Source of the DNA: Sedimentibacter sp.
GTDB lineage: Bacteria; Bacillota; Clostridia; Tissierellales; Sedimentibacteraceae
Reading direction: 5' to 3'
Assembly (NCBI GenBank): GCA_032006665.1
Contig: DALZMP010000019.1
Location: 16,518-80,517 of the forward strand
Length of the DNA stretch: 64,000 nucleotides
The notes under the pieces were generated by a model. The model worked only from the letters and a program-made list of their open reading frames with translations, made no database searches and was not told the DNA's origin. The position numbers and the translations under genes are program-made. Each line of letters begins with the position of its first letter. The first letter of the stretch is position 1. Positions 27,824 through 37,311 of this stretch are shown piece by piece.

Positions 27824-30201
27824 TTCTAAGAAAAAAACATAATTCAAATGCTGATCCAAATAACAACAATGACAAAATTACTAATACACAAAAGCATAAA
27901 AGAGTTAAAAAATCTAGCACATCACAAAATACCATACCTATATTAAACACTTATGAGGATGGCATAATAGAAACAAAAAAAGGGGAATACTCTAAAACAT
28001 TACAGTTTTTAGATATAAATTACCATTTAGCAAGGGATGATGATCAAGAAGATATATTTTCTAAGTACTGTGAGTTTTTGAATTTCTTTAATTCAACAGT
28101 AAAACTTCAAATTACAATTAACAATAAGTCAATAAACAAGGATGAATTTGAAAATAAAATAATAATTAAAAATAAAAATGACCAATTGGATATCTATAGA
28201 GATGAGTACAATAACATGCTAAAAAAACAGGTTATGCATGGACGTAATGATATAGAAAAAGAGAAATATATAACAATAGGTATAAAAGCAAATGATATAA
28301 CAGAAGCGAGAAATAATTTCATCAGGATAGAAAATGAAATTGTTGGCTTATTAAGGCGTATGGGTAGTTATGGCAAGGTGTTGCCAATAAGTAAAAGATT
28401 AGAAATATTACATGACATATATAGGAAAGATAATGTTGGTAACTTTGAATATAATCCTAAAATGTTAACACAAAGATTTTCAAATATTAAAGATATGATA
28501 GCACCAGACAGCTTTGAATTTAAAAGAGATAGTATAATTGTAGGCAATTCTCATGCAAGAGTATTATTTATTCGAAGTCTGCCTTCTTTTTTAAATGATA
28601 ATTTCTTAACTGAACTGACTGATTTTGGATTTAACATGATGTTCAGTATTAACATTAATCCAGTAGAACCTGAATTTGCATTAAAAATGATACAAAGACA
28701 AATAACAGGTATGGAGTCAAATAAAATGGGATTTCAGCAAAAGAGTATTAAGAATGGTTATTTAGATGCATTTATACCATATGATTTAAGGAACAACTTA
28801 CAAGAAGCTGAAGAATTGCTTGAGGATGTTATGAATAAAAATCAAAGACTTTTTTTAGCTAATTTTGTAATTCTTCTGATGGACGATGATAAAGGTTTAT
28901 TAGATGAACATACAGAAGTAATTAAATCAACTGCAAGAAAATATTTATGCCAGGTAGGCTCATTAAACTATCAGCAGGAAGAAGGGTTAAATTCAGTACT
29001 TCCATTAGGAATAAATGAATTGCAAGTTGATAGGTGCTTAACAACAGAATCAACAGCAGTATTTATGCCATTTACATCACAAGAACTATTACAGCCAAAT
29101 GGAATGTATTATGGTTTGAATGCAATTTCAAAATCTTTAATAATGTTTGATAGGAAGACATTGAAAAATCAAAATGGTTTTATTCTAGGCACACCAGGGA
29201 GCGGTAAGTCATTTGGCGCAAAAAGAGAGGTTGTAAATGTATTGTTAAATACAGGTGATGATGTTTTAATTATAGATCCAGAACGTGAGTATTCGCCTTT
29301 AGTTAAAAACTTTGGTGGCAAAATAATAAATATTTCTTCTAATAGTCCAAGTCACATCAATCCAATGGACATGAGTATAGATTATTCGGAAGAGCCACTT
29401 TCGTTAAAGTCAGACTTTATTCTTTCGTTTTGTGAGGTCATATTGGGCGGTAAAAGTGGATTAAGCGCAAAGGAGAAATCAATACTTGATAGATGTGTTA
29501 GACTTACATATCAGGATTATATGCAAAATTTTGATGAAGAACTATTACCAACTTTAGTAGATTTTTATGAAACAGTTAAGAAACAAAAAGAACCAGAGGC
29601 AGAAGGATTATCAGTAGCATTAGAGTTATACGCTACAGGTAATCTTTCTGTATTTTCACATAAAACAAATATAGATATTAATAATAGACTTGTTTGTTTT
29701 GATATAAAGGACTTAGGAAAACAGTTAAAAACTATGGGAATGCTAATAGTACTTGACCAGGTATGGAATAGAATAACTGAAAACAGAAAAAAAGGTAAAC
29801 ATACATGGATATATTTAGATGAAATATATTTGCTTTTTACAAATGAATACTCGGCTAATTTCTTATTTGAACTGTTTAAAAGGTCAAGGAAATGGGGAGG
29901 CGTTGTTACTGGTATAACCCAAAATGTAGAAGATTTATTACAGAGTGAATTAGCAAGAAGGATGCTTTCTAATTCAGATTTTATACTAATGCTTAACCAG
30001 GCACCAATGGATAGAGTTGAATTAGAAAAAATGCTAAATATTTCAGCAGCACAGTTAGCATATATAACCAATGTAGACTCAGGAAGAGGGCTATTGTTTT
30101 CAGGTAATAATATTATACCATTTGTAGATGAATTTCCAACTAACACAAAGTTATATAAAATGATGACAACCAAGGTAGAAGAGGTTGTGAATGTATCATA
30201 A
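27820..30201 (+). CDS. virB4: VirB4-like conjugation ATPase
   Basis: GTPGSGKSFGAKRE, IIDPEREY, YLDEIY, RKWGG..TGITQNVEDLL. Confidence 0.95.
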   Translation: MILRKKHNSNADPNNNNDKITNTQKHKRVKKSSTSQNTIPILNTYEDGIIETKKGEYSKTLQFLDINYHLARDDDQEDIFSKYCEFLNFFNSTVKLQITINNKSINKDEFENKIIIKNKNDQLDIYRDEYNNMLKKQVMHGRNDIEKEKYITIGIKANDITEARNNFIRIENEIVGLLRRMGSYGKVLPISKRLEILHDIYRKDNVGNFEYNPKMLTQRFSNIKDMIAPDSFEFKRDSIIVGNSHARVLFIRSLPSFLNDNFLTELTDFGFNMMFSININPVEPEFALKMIQRQITGMESNKMGFQQKSIKNGYLDAFIPYDLRNNLQEAEELLEDVMNKNQRLFLANFVILLMDDDKGLLDEHTEVIKSTARKYLCQVGSLNYQQEEGLNSVLPLGINELQVDRCLTTESTAVFMPFTSQELLQPNGMYYGLNAISKSLIMFDRKTLKNQNGFILGTPGSGKSFGAKREVVNVLLNTGDDVLIIDPEREYSPLVKNFGGKIINISSNSPSHINPMDMSIDYSEEPLSLKSDFILSFCEVILGGKSGLSAKEKSILDRCVRLTYQDYMQNFDEELLPTLVDFYETVKKQKEPEAEGLSVALELYATGNLSVFSHKTNIDINNRLVCFDIKDLGKQLKTMGMLIVLDQVWNRITENRKKGKHTWIYLDEIYLLFTNEYSANFLFELFKRSRKWGGVVTGITQNVEDLLQSELARRMLSNSDFILMLNQAPMDRVELEKMLNISAAQLAYITNVDSGRGLLFSGNNIIPFVDEFPTNTKLYKMMTTKVEEVVNVS

Positions 30202-32222
30202 TGAAAATACAAAACACTAATAAAAAGCATAAAAGTAAAATTAATAATGTTAATGATAGGTCAAAGGGTAAAATATATATTGACAGAAAATATTGTAGTA
30301 AACTCCTGAAGTCAAAAAAGAATATTAGATCCAGGCCAAGTAATTTAACTATTAAAAACAAAAAAAATAAAATAAATAATAGGCTGGTATCCTCAAAAAC
30401 GAAAGGAAATACTTTTAGTAATATAAAACGACATTTATCAGAAGAAGAGGATAAATCAATAGCTGTACAAGCATATATAAATACATCTAATAAATTAAGT
30501 ACGGCTATTGATGTAGTAAAGATACCTGTTAAAGCAACAACTTCTGTAATGAGAGCTAAGAAGGTAATACAAAAAAGCAAAAATATAGGTTCTAAAAAGA
30601 TAAGTAGTCCAAATCTAAAAAAGCAACCAACAGGTAAAATAAATAAAAAATATTTACTGAAGAAAGGAGCTGTTAAACTTTCAAAAGATGGTTTTAAGAT
30701 TGCTTCAAGCAGTAAAAATAGGGTAGTAGATAATCTCAGAGATAACTCGGATGGCAATTTAGGGGTTCAAGCATACCTTAAAGCGGATAGAGACATAAGG
30801 ATTGGTGTTGATGTAGTCAAATCAACTAAGAACGTAGCAGTTGGATCTGCAAAAGTAGTAACTACTTCAAACAAATTATTACGTGGATCGGGCAGCTATA
30901 TAAAAGAACGCATGACAAATAATAAGCGGTACAAATATAAAAACATTAAAAAAAATATTTCAAAAGCAAATAAAATTAAGACAAGTACAAAAAAACAAAG
31001 AGTAAATAATGTACTTACTAAAAATGCTAGAAAAGGAATTGCCAAGGATCACATAATTAAGCGTAAGTCTTTAAATATTGCTAAATCCACAGTTAGCAGT
31101 GTTAATAAGTCAATTAAGGCAATATTAATGATTAAGAATCCTGTTGTGCTAATTGTAGCAGGATTTTTGATTTTATTGATTTTAATTTCTAATTCTGTTT
31201 CAGGCAGCATGGTATCAATGCTAAGTCAAAATTATTTTATGGCAGATGAAGATATAGCATTGAAATATAAGGATAAAGTTGAATTATTGGACGATGCGTT
31301 AAGAGAAGAAATATCAGATTTAAAAAAAGATAATAAATATGATAGCACCAGGGTTGTTTATATTGGAGATAACCAGAAAATTTTTACTAATTTCAATGAA
31401 ATATTTGCTATTGCTTCTGTTAAATTTGAACAGAATTTAACTTACTCTAATAATGAGAAGAAATTTATAGAAGAAATATATTCGAAAATATATGATATAA
31501 AAATTTCAACAGAAAACTATACAATTACAAATTCAGAAGGAAAAGAAATAACAAAAAAAAGAAAGATTATAACTGTATATTCATATGATATGGAAACGGT
31601 TATGAATAAGATTAACTTTGATGATGAACAGGAAAGATGGGCTAGAACCTTAGTATCTAATTTTTCTGAGCAATTTCCAGAATTAGCAATACAATATGGT
31701 GAATTAACACAAGATGAAATTAGCGATTTAATTAAAAATGCCCCAATATTCACATCAAAACAACAAGAAAAGTTATACGATACAGCTCTAAGTCTTGTAG
31801 GAAAAGTAAAATACTTTTGGGGAGGTAAAAGTTCAGCCGGATGGAATGATGAATGGGGGGAATCTACATTAGTAACTTCTCCTGGTAATGATACAACGGG
31901 TAAATATAGGCCATTCGGGTTAGATTGTTCAGGATATGTTGATTGGGTATATAAGACATCAGGAATAGGTAATGTATTGTCTGGTGGTGGAACATCATAT
32001 CAATGGGGACAATCATATCCAATTAGTAATGATGATTTGCAGGTCGGAGACTTGGCATTCTTACAAATGCCAAACTCTTCAGGTATAAATCATGTTGGAA
32101 TTTATATTGGTACTGATAAGGATAATAATAATCTTTATGCACATTGCCAATGGGGTACAGGGGTTACTGTAGATGGATACAAAGGATTTAAATACTTCAG
32201 GAGAGCTGTAAAATTCGAGTAA
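30201..32222 (+). CDS. Conjugation cell-wall hydrolase, C-terminal NlpC/P60 domain
   Basis: Basic N-terminus, TM, KYFWGG, GLDCSGYV, HVGIY, AHC. Confidence 0.9.
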   Translation: MKIQNTNKKHKSKINNVNDRSKGKIYIDRKYCSKLLKSKKNIRSRPSNLTIKNKKNKINNRLVSSKTKGNTFSNIKRHLSEEEDKSIAVQAYINTSNKLSTAIDVVKIPVKATTSVMRAKKVIQKSKNIGSKKISSPNLKKQPTGKINKKYLLKKGAVKLSKDGFKIASSSKNRVVDNLRDNSDGNLGVQAYLKADRDIRIGVDVVKSTKNVAVGSAKVVTTSNKLLRGSGSYIKERMTNNKRYKYKNIKKNISKANKIKTSTKKQRVNNVLTKNARKGIAKDHIIKRKSLNIAKSTVSSVNKSIKAILMIKNPVVLIVAGFLILLILISNSVSGSMVSMLSQNYFMADEDIALKYKDKVELLDDALREEISDLKKDNKYDSTRVVYIGDNQKIFTNFNEIFAIASVKFEQNLTYSNNEKKFIEEIYSKIYDIKISTENYTITNSEGKEITKKRKIITVYSYDMETVMNKINFDDEQERWARTLVSNFSEQFPELAIQYGELTQDEISDLIKNAPIFTSKQQEKLYDTALSLVGKVKYFWGGKSSAGWNDEWGESTLVTSPGNDTTGKYRPFGLDCSGYVDWVYKTSGIGNVLSGGGTSYQWGQSYPISNDDLQVGDLAFLQMPNSSGINHVGIYIGTDKDNNNLYAHCQWGTGVTVDGYKGFKYFRRAVKFE

Positions 32223-32223
32223 T

Positions 32224-32484
32224 TTGGAGGACAGGATGACACTATATGATAAGCTTAATAAGCAAAAGGAACTAAAAGAAAAGCTTATTGATAAAAAAAA
32301 TAATATTATAAAGCAAATTGAGCAAGTAGATGAAAAAATAAAGTTAATTCAAGAAGATATAGAAAATTTAGAGATGAATAATACTTTGAAAGTAATTAAA
32401 AGTAAAGGATATTCTATTTTAGATGTTAAGGAAGCATTGGAAGGAGGGATTTTAGATGAATTATTGAAAAAAAATAATGTATAA
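32224..32484 (+). CDS. Small coiled-coil protein (DUF4315-like position and pattern)
   Basis: Coiled coil ending ENLEM...IK; follows NlpC/P60. Confidence 0.55.
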   Translation: MEDRMTLYDKLNKQKELKEKLIDKKNNIIKQIEQVDEKIKLIQEDIENLEMNNTLKVIKSKGYSILDVKEALEGGILDELLKKNNV

Positions 32485-32644
32485 TAGGTCATACATTATT
32501 TGACAAATATAATTCATTAATTATTGTATAATTGTTAATGCAATATAAAATATTTCTACAATATGTTGCAAATAATTACAATAGGTGATAAAATATATGA
32601 AAAGTAATGAAGACAATACTAATGTTCAAAAGGAGGCTGAAGAA

Positions 32645-32800
32645 ATGAGTACCATTTTAATTGATAAAAAATTGGCTCCGAAGGAATCGCTTAAAGAGGC
32701 TTGTAAACAAATGAAATTAATGAGAGAAGATAAAATGCCCAAAGGAACATGGAGTGATTTCCTTAAAGAATTAGAAGAAGAAAAGGGCGAGGACCAGTAG
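32645..32800 (+). CDS. Putative type II antitoxin
   Basis: Short ORF with AGGAGG RBS, ESLKEACKQMKLMRE...TWSDFLKEL, upstream of a RelE-like gene. Confidence 0.65.
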   Translation: MSTILIDKKLAPKESLKEACKQMKLMREDKMPKGTWSDFLKELEEEKGEDQ

Positions 32801-32806
32801 GCTAGT

Positions 32807-33160
32807 ATGTGTTATACGATAATCCCTACAGATATATTTAAAAAAGATGTTAAATATTATCTGAAGAAAAAGAAATATACTAATATTTTAAAAGATATAG
32901 AAGAAGTTATCTGTGAACTTGAGACGGGAAACCTTATAGGTGATTTAGTTGATAGCATAAATTGTGATGGAGAAGCATACAAAATTAGGGTAGCTAATTC
33001 CAATACTAAAAGCGGTAAATCTAATGGATATAGAATTATATATTATGCAATAAAAAATGATTTGGAAATATATTTGTTGACGATATATTATAAAAAGGAT
33101 GATATAAGAGTATTGGATAAAAAAGAAATATCAGATATAATTAATAAGTATTGTAATTAA
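32807..33160 (+). CDS. RelE/ParE-superfamily toxin
   Basis: FKKDVK, YKIRVAN...GKSNGYRIIYY, IYLLTIYYK. Confidence 0.85.
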   Translation: MCYTIIPTDIFKKDVKYYLKKKKYTNILKDIEEVICELETGNLIGDLVDSINCDGEAYKIRVANSNTKSGKSNGYRIIYYAIKNDLEIYLLTIYYKKDDIRVLDKKEISDIINKYCN

Positions 33161-33195
33161 ACCCACATTAATAGTTCTTTGTTAATGTGGGTTTT
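33159..33195 (+). terminator. Intrinsic terminator after the TA pair
   Basis: AAACCCACATTAATA...TGTTAATGTGGGTTTT. Confidence 0.8.
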
Positions 33196-33263
33196 GTAAT
33201 TTAGGTATTTAACACTTCATTAGAAGTTTTTTTGTAAAAATTATTATACTTTGAGGATATAAA

Positions 33264-33325
33264 ATGAATAGTGTGGTGTTGATAGGAAGATTGTGCAGAT
33301 AGATGATGAAGAAATTCCATTTTAG
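33264..33325 (+). pseudogene. Internally deleted ssb remnant
   Basis: MNSVVLIGRLCR joined out of frame to DDEEIPF*, i.e. both ends of an ssb gene. Confidence 0.85.
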
Positions 33326-33373
33326 TTTATAGGTTATAAAAAATCATTTTAAACGAAAGGATATAAGAATTTA

Positions 33374-34123
33374 ATGGAAGAAGGATTAAAAGAAATATAT
33401 GAAAAAATTAATGACGCTGTATTAGAGACTTTTAAAACAAATAATAATTTTTTTGATTATATGGATATGGCTGCTAGTATACATGATATGTCTTATGAAA
33501 ATGTGCTATTGATACAGTTACAAAATAAAAATGCTGTTCATATTGAAAGTAAAAATATGTGGTTACAAAAAGAAAGAATTATAAATGCTGAAGAAAAAGC
33601 ATTGCTTATTGTTTATCCTAAAATTATTGGGACAAGGATTGATGGAAAGTACAACCTAAAGCAATCGTATGAGTTCAAGAATGTCTATGATATATCGCAA
33701 ACATCAGGAAAGGATATTATTAGAAATTATTCTATGAATGAGGAAAATATACTATTCGCGGAAAAAATGATAAAAAATAAGATTAATAACACTTTTTTTC
33801 AAAACAGGACGGAAACTCAGGTCATAGAATATATTGTTTCTAAAAAATTTAATATTGATGTTGATATGGATAAATTCATTAATATATCAGCATGGAGTTC
33901 AAATAAAACGGTTGACGATTTAAAAAGATTTTTGGAAAGCGTACAATATGGGGCAAGAAACATAATAAACTTAATTGACGAAACACTTATTGAAAGAAAT
34001 AAACTAATTATTACGGATAAAAGAAAAACTTTAAATGACTTGAAAAATGGAGTAGAATTATATAAACGGCAAGATAAGACCATTAATGATAGTTTTAAAC
34101 AAAATAAAATTGAAGAGAGGTAA
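33374..34123 (+). CDS. ArdC-N-like ssDNA-binding/antirestriction-type protein
   Basis: SYENVLLIQLQ...W....R.I...EKAL.I..P...VYDISQTSGK. Confidence 0.72.
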   Translation: MEEGLKEIYEKINDAVLETFKTNNNFFDYMDMAASIHDMSYENVLLIQLQNKNAVHIESKNMWLQKERIINAEEKALLIVYPKIIGTRIDGKYNLKQSYEFKNVYDISQTSGKDIIRNYSMNEENILFAEKMIKNKINNTFFQNRTETQVIEYIVSKKFNIDVDMDKFINISAWSSNKTVDDLKRFLESVQYGARNIINLIDETLIERNKLIITDKRKTLNDLKNGVELYKRQDKTINDSFKQNKIEER

Positions 34124-34128
34124 CGAGT

Positions 34129-34407
34129 ATGGCAGATGAAGATATGAAGCAAAAATTTTTATGTGTTGAAGAACTGCAATTAATAAACAATTTAATTGAG
34201 CTAGATATTAAAGATAGGGAAGGTATGATTGAAGCTATTCAATCTATAGTCATATCTGAAGATGTTAAGGATGGTATGGAGGATATGTTACTAAGAATTA
34301 ATAAAAGGGTTATTGAAGCTCTTGAAAGTTTTAGTTATGAAGATGTTGCAAGAATGGTATCTTCATATCCAATAAGTAATGATGATATAGGGAAGTTTGC
34401 ATATTAA
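34129..34407 (+). CDS. Hypothetical protein
   Basis: 92-aa ORF with GAGG RBS; terminator hairpin at 34426-34453. Confidence 0.6.
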   Translation: MADEDMKQKFLCVEELQLINNLIELDIKDREGMIEAIQSIVISEDVKDGMEDMLLRINKRVIEALESFSYEDVARMVSSYPISNDDIGKFAY

Positions 34408-34483
34408 GAATTATCTAATATTTATGGCCAGGGAAATTATTCCTTGGCTTTTTATTTTAAATTATTATGGGAGGTTTTAAAAA

Positions 34484-34936
34484 ATGAATAATGTAGTTTT
34501 AATAGGAAGATTAGCAAGAGATCCACAACTTAAATTTGTACCTGCTTCAGGAATGGCGGTAACACGACTTACATTGGCTGTGGATAAAGACCTGTTTGGA
34601 GAGAAAAAACAACAAGCAATAAGTCAAGGTAAACCAACAGCTGATTTCATCAATATCACAGTATTCGGTAAATCAGCCGAAAATTGTGCAAATTATCTTG
34701 CGAAAGGCAGACAGTGTGCAGTTCATGGCAGGATTTCAACTGGAAGTTATACTACTCAGTCAGGTGAAAAGAGATATACAACTGATGTAATAGCAGACAA
34801 AGTTGAATTTATAGGTTCGAAAGATCAAAGTTCACAAAGTCATCAAGGAAAACCAGATGGCAGCTATTTCGATGATTTTCCAGATGATGATAATGATATA
34901 TTTCAACCAGTTGATGATGAAGAAATTCCATTTTAA
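34484..34936 (+). CDS. ssb: Single-stranded DNA-binding protein
   Basis: MNNVVLIGRL, ADFI, AENCANYL.KG, acidic tail DDEEIPF. Confidence 0.96.
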   Translation: MNNVVLIGRLARDPQLKFVPASGMAVTRLTLAVDKDLFGEKKQQAISQGKPTADFINITVFGKSAENCANYLAKGRQCAVHGRISTGSYTTQSGEKRYTTDVIADKVEFIGSKDQSSQSHQGKPDGSYFDDFPDDDNDIFQPVDDEEIPF

Positions 34937-34989
34937 AATATAAATTTTTATAACAATCAATTCATAGAGAATAAAGTGTAAGTTGGTGA

Positions 34990-35026
34990 TAAAGGGCATT
35001 TAGTATGTAATTCTAAATGCCCTTTA
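34990..35026 (+). terminator. Stem-loop after ssb
   Basis: TAAAGGGCATTTAG...CTAAATGCCCTTTA 14-bp perfect stem. Confidence 0.7.
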
Positions 35027-35037
35027 ATATTTGTTGC

Positions 35038-35104
35038 AAAAAAATAACTGTTCATAGCGGTGAACAGTTATCAATTAATGCAAATACAATAATGTCGTCA
35101 AATT
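35038..35104 (-). ncRNA. Putative counter-transcribed RNA in the leader of the rep-like gene
   Basis: Minus-strand TTGCAA (35134-35139)-17 nt-TATCAT (35111-35116); 11-bp hairpin 35044-35071 followed by T-run on the minus strand. Confidence 0.55.
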
Positions 35105-35167
35105 ACAATTATGATAACACTTTTTGATGATATTTGCAATCATATTTTTTATTAATCGGAGGATAAA

Positions 35168-36193
35168 ATGTCAAATACAATAACAATGTCAAATTATATA
35201 TTTAATAATCAAATAGATGTACATAGTAAAATAGTATATGCTGGATTGAAAAAATTCTCTAATGTAGAGGGTATATGCTTCCCATCAAGAAATACATTAG
35301 TAGAATTATGTAAAATTTCATTATCAACAGTAAGAAAAGCTATTAATAATCTTATAGATGCAAAAATATTAGATAAGCAAGAAAGATTTAGAGAAAATGG
35401 AAGTCAAACTTCAAACCTATATTCATTAACGCCTTTCATGACATCTGGAGATTATTACTTCAAGGTTAGAAGTGATATATTTGACCTGAATCTTTCAGAA
35501 AAAGAAATAATAGTATATATGTATTTATGTTCATGTACTAATAAATATAATGAATGTTATCCATCTTTAAGACAAATAGCAGCTGCATGTAGCATAAGTC
35601 AAACTAGTGCTAAGATAGCTATGAAAGAATTAGTAGATAGAAAATTGATTATAAAGGATAACCAATACAGAGAAAATGGTGGAAGAAGAAATAACTTATA
35701 TAAAATAGTAACTGAGGAGGATGATAATATAAATTATAATCAAGGATCAGAGACTAATGATGAAGATAACACTCATGGGCTATTCAATGATGAAGATAAT
35801 CAAATAGAAATTATTGATTGTAAAGAAATAGATGAAATCATACTTGAAAATAGTAATGAAGTTGAAGATATAAATGTTTCTATTCAAGATAATTATGTTT
35901 TTGATACAGATATACCTGAACAAAAATTGAAGATATATATCCGAGACGATATTTTTGATTTTAAGATGTCAAAATACAGCATGTTAGTATATTTGTATAT
36001 ATGTACTCATAGTGAGCTTAAAACTAAGAATTTTCCTTCATATAAGCAAATAGCTAATACATGTAAAAGCAGCATAGCGAAAGTTGCAAATGCTATATTA
36101 GAATTAAAAGCAAATGGATTAATTGTAAAACTAAAACAGAATAGAGTGAATGATAACATGGACAATATAGAACCCCCACCATGGTTAATATAG
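35168..36193 (+). CDS. Putative replication initiator with three winged-HTH (HTH_36-like) repeats
   Basis: Three copies of VY..L.......(C)F/YPS...(I/L)...C..S; RENG.Q/R.N.Y wings. Confidence 0.7.
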   Translation: MSNTITMSNYIFNNQIDVHSKIVYAGLKKFSNVEGICFPSRNTLVELCKISLSTVRKAINNLIDAKILDKQERFRENGSQTSNLYSLTPFMTSGDYYFKVRSDIFDLNLSEKEIIVYMYLCSCTNKYNECYPSLRQIAAACSISQTSAKIAMKELVDRKLIIKDNQYRENGGRRNNLYKIVTEEDDNINYNQGSETNDEDNTHGLFNDEDNQIEIIDCKEIDEIILENSNEVEDINVSIQDNYVFDTDIPEQKLKIYIRDDIFDFKMSKYSMLVYLYICTHSELKTKNFPSYKQIANTCKSSIAKVANAILELKANGLIVKLKQNRVNDNMDNIEPPPWLI

Positions 36194-36275
36194 AACCTCC
36201 CCCATGGTCGTCATAAAACTACCCATAACTAGAACATATATATAACTATATCTATAAATAATAATATATTGCTTA
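36157..36275. repeat. Three 23-bp iteron-like repeats plus AT-rich tract (candidate oriV)
   Basis: CATGGACAATATAGAACCCCCAC, CATGGTTAATATAGAACCTCCCC, CATGGTCGTCATAAAACTACC at 36157, 36180, 36203. Confidence 0.65.
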
Positions 36276-36616
36276 CTGAAAGACAAATAATATATTAGAT
36301 ATAAATACTAAAAACTGCTGGGTTATCGCTAGATGGACATAGAATGAACTGGCATATTAGTTGTAAGTATTTCATTAAAGGGTCAATGACACTTGTTGTG
36401 TACCTTATTGAAGAAGAAGTCGAGGATAAGATAAAAATACAATTCAAATCTCGAATTGTGATATATAAAATAGTGGTATATGATGTGTAAAGAATAGGCA
36501 AAAGTTGAATGAGTTTCTACTCCTGATATACAAAAGAGGTTCTCAAAACTGAAAGCTTTATTGTCAGCATTACATGAAATATTGACGATTAAGATAAAAA
36601 TTTTGCAGACTGCTTA

Positions 36617-36662
36617 TTTACAAACTTACTAAAGAGATGTATAATATTAGCGAGTTTGTAAA
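36617..36662 (+). promoter_or_regulatory. Promoter overlapped by a 16-bp inverted-repeat operator
   Basis: TTTACA-17 nt-TATAAT; TTTACAAACTTACTAA / TTAGCGAGTTTGTAAA (14/16). Confidence 0.75.
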
Positions 36663-36674
36663 AGGGGCGAAAAT

Positions 36675-37268
36675 ATGGATTATTCAAAAATGCTTAATCA
36701 ATTGGTTGATGATAATGATGGTGTTATATCCACAAAAATGGTAACTGAAACTGGTATTCCTAGAATATATCTTTCTGAATTCGTTAAAAAAGGGATGTTA
36801 GAACGATATGAGCGAGGCATTTATATATCAACTCAAAGCGACGACGATAAAATGTATTGCTTTCAGATGAGATTTTCACAGGCGACTTTTTCACATGAAT
36901 CAGCATTGTTTTTACAGCAGTATATCAATAAAATGCCTGAACAGCCTGTTGTAACAGTGAAGACAGGAACAAATACTAAAAATCTTGTGAATATTGGTGC
37001 AAGAGTACATTCCATTAGACCTAATCTATATACCCTTGGTGAAATAGAGAGAAAAACTCGTTATGGCAGAAGTGTGAGAACATATGACATTGAGCGTAGC
37101 ATTTGTGATATTATTCGTGTTAGAAGTAGGATTGATAGTGATATTATTGTAAGTACTTTAAAAAAATATAATGATAGTCCTGAAAAAGATTTTTCCAAAC
37201 TCCTTGCCTATGCAGAAAAGTTAAAAGTTGCGAAAATCCTGAATAGCTATCTTGAGTTTTTGCAATGA
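36675..37268 (+). CDS. AbiEi-family (type IV TA antitoxin-like) regulator, no AbiEii partner
   Basis: G.LERYERGIY, FSHESALFL, YDIERSICD. Confidence 0.85.
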   Translation: MDYSKMLNQLVDDNDGVISTKMVTETGIPRIYLSEFVKKGMLERYERGIYISTQSDDDKMYCFQMRFSQATFSHESALFLQQYINKMPEQPVVTVKTGTNTKNLVNIGARVHSIRPNLYTLGEIERKTRYGRSVRTYDIERSICDIIRVRSRIDSDIIVSTLKKYNDSPEKDFSKLLAYAEKLKVAKILNSYLEFLQ

Positions 37269-37311
37269 GATTTTTATGTGAAGAAAAATTTATAAAGGGG
37301 CTAACTAAACT

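Noticed and set aside
29565..30757. Two long minus-strand ORFs (221 and 205 aa) and many similar shadow ORFs elsewhere
   Set aside because: They lie antisense to well-supported genes and show no motifs
36157..36225. 23-bp repeats as a CRISPR array
   Set aside because: Tandem with no spacers and no cas genes; better explained as iterons
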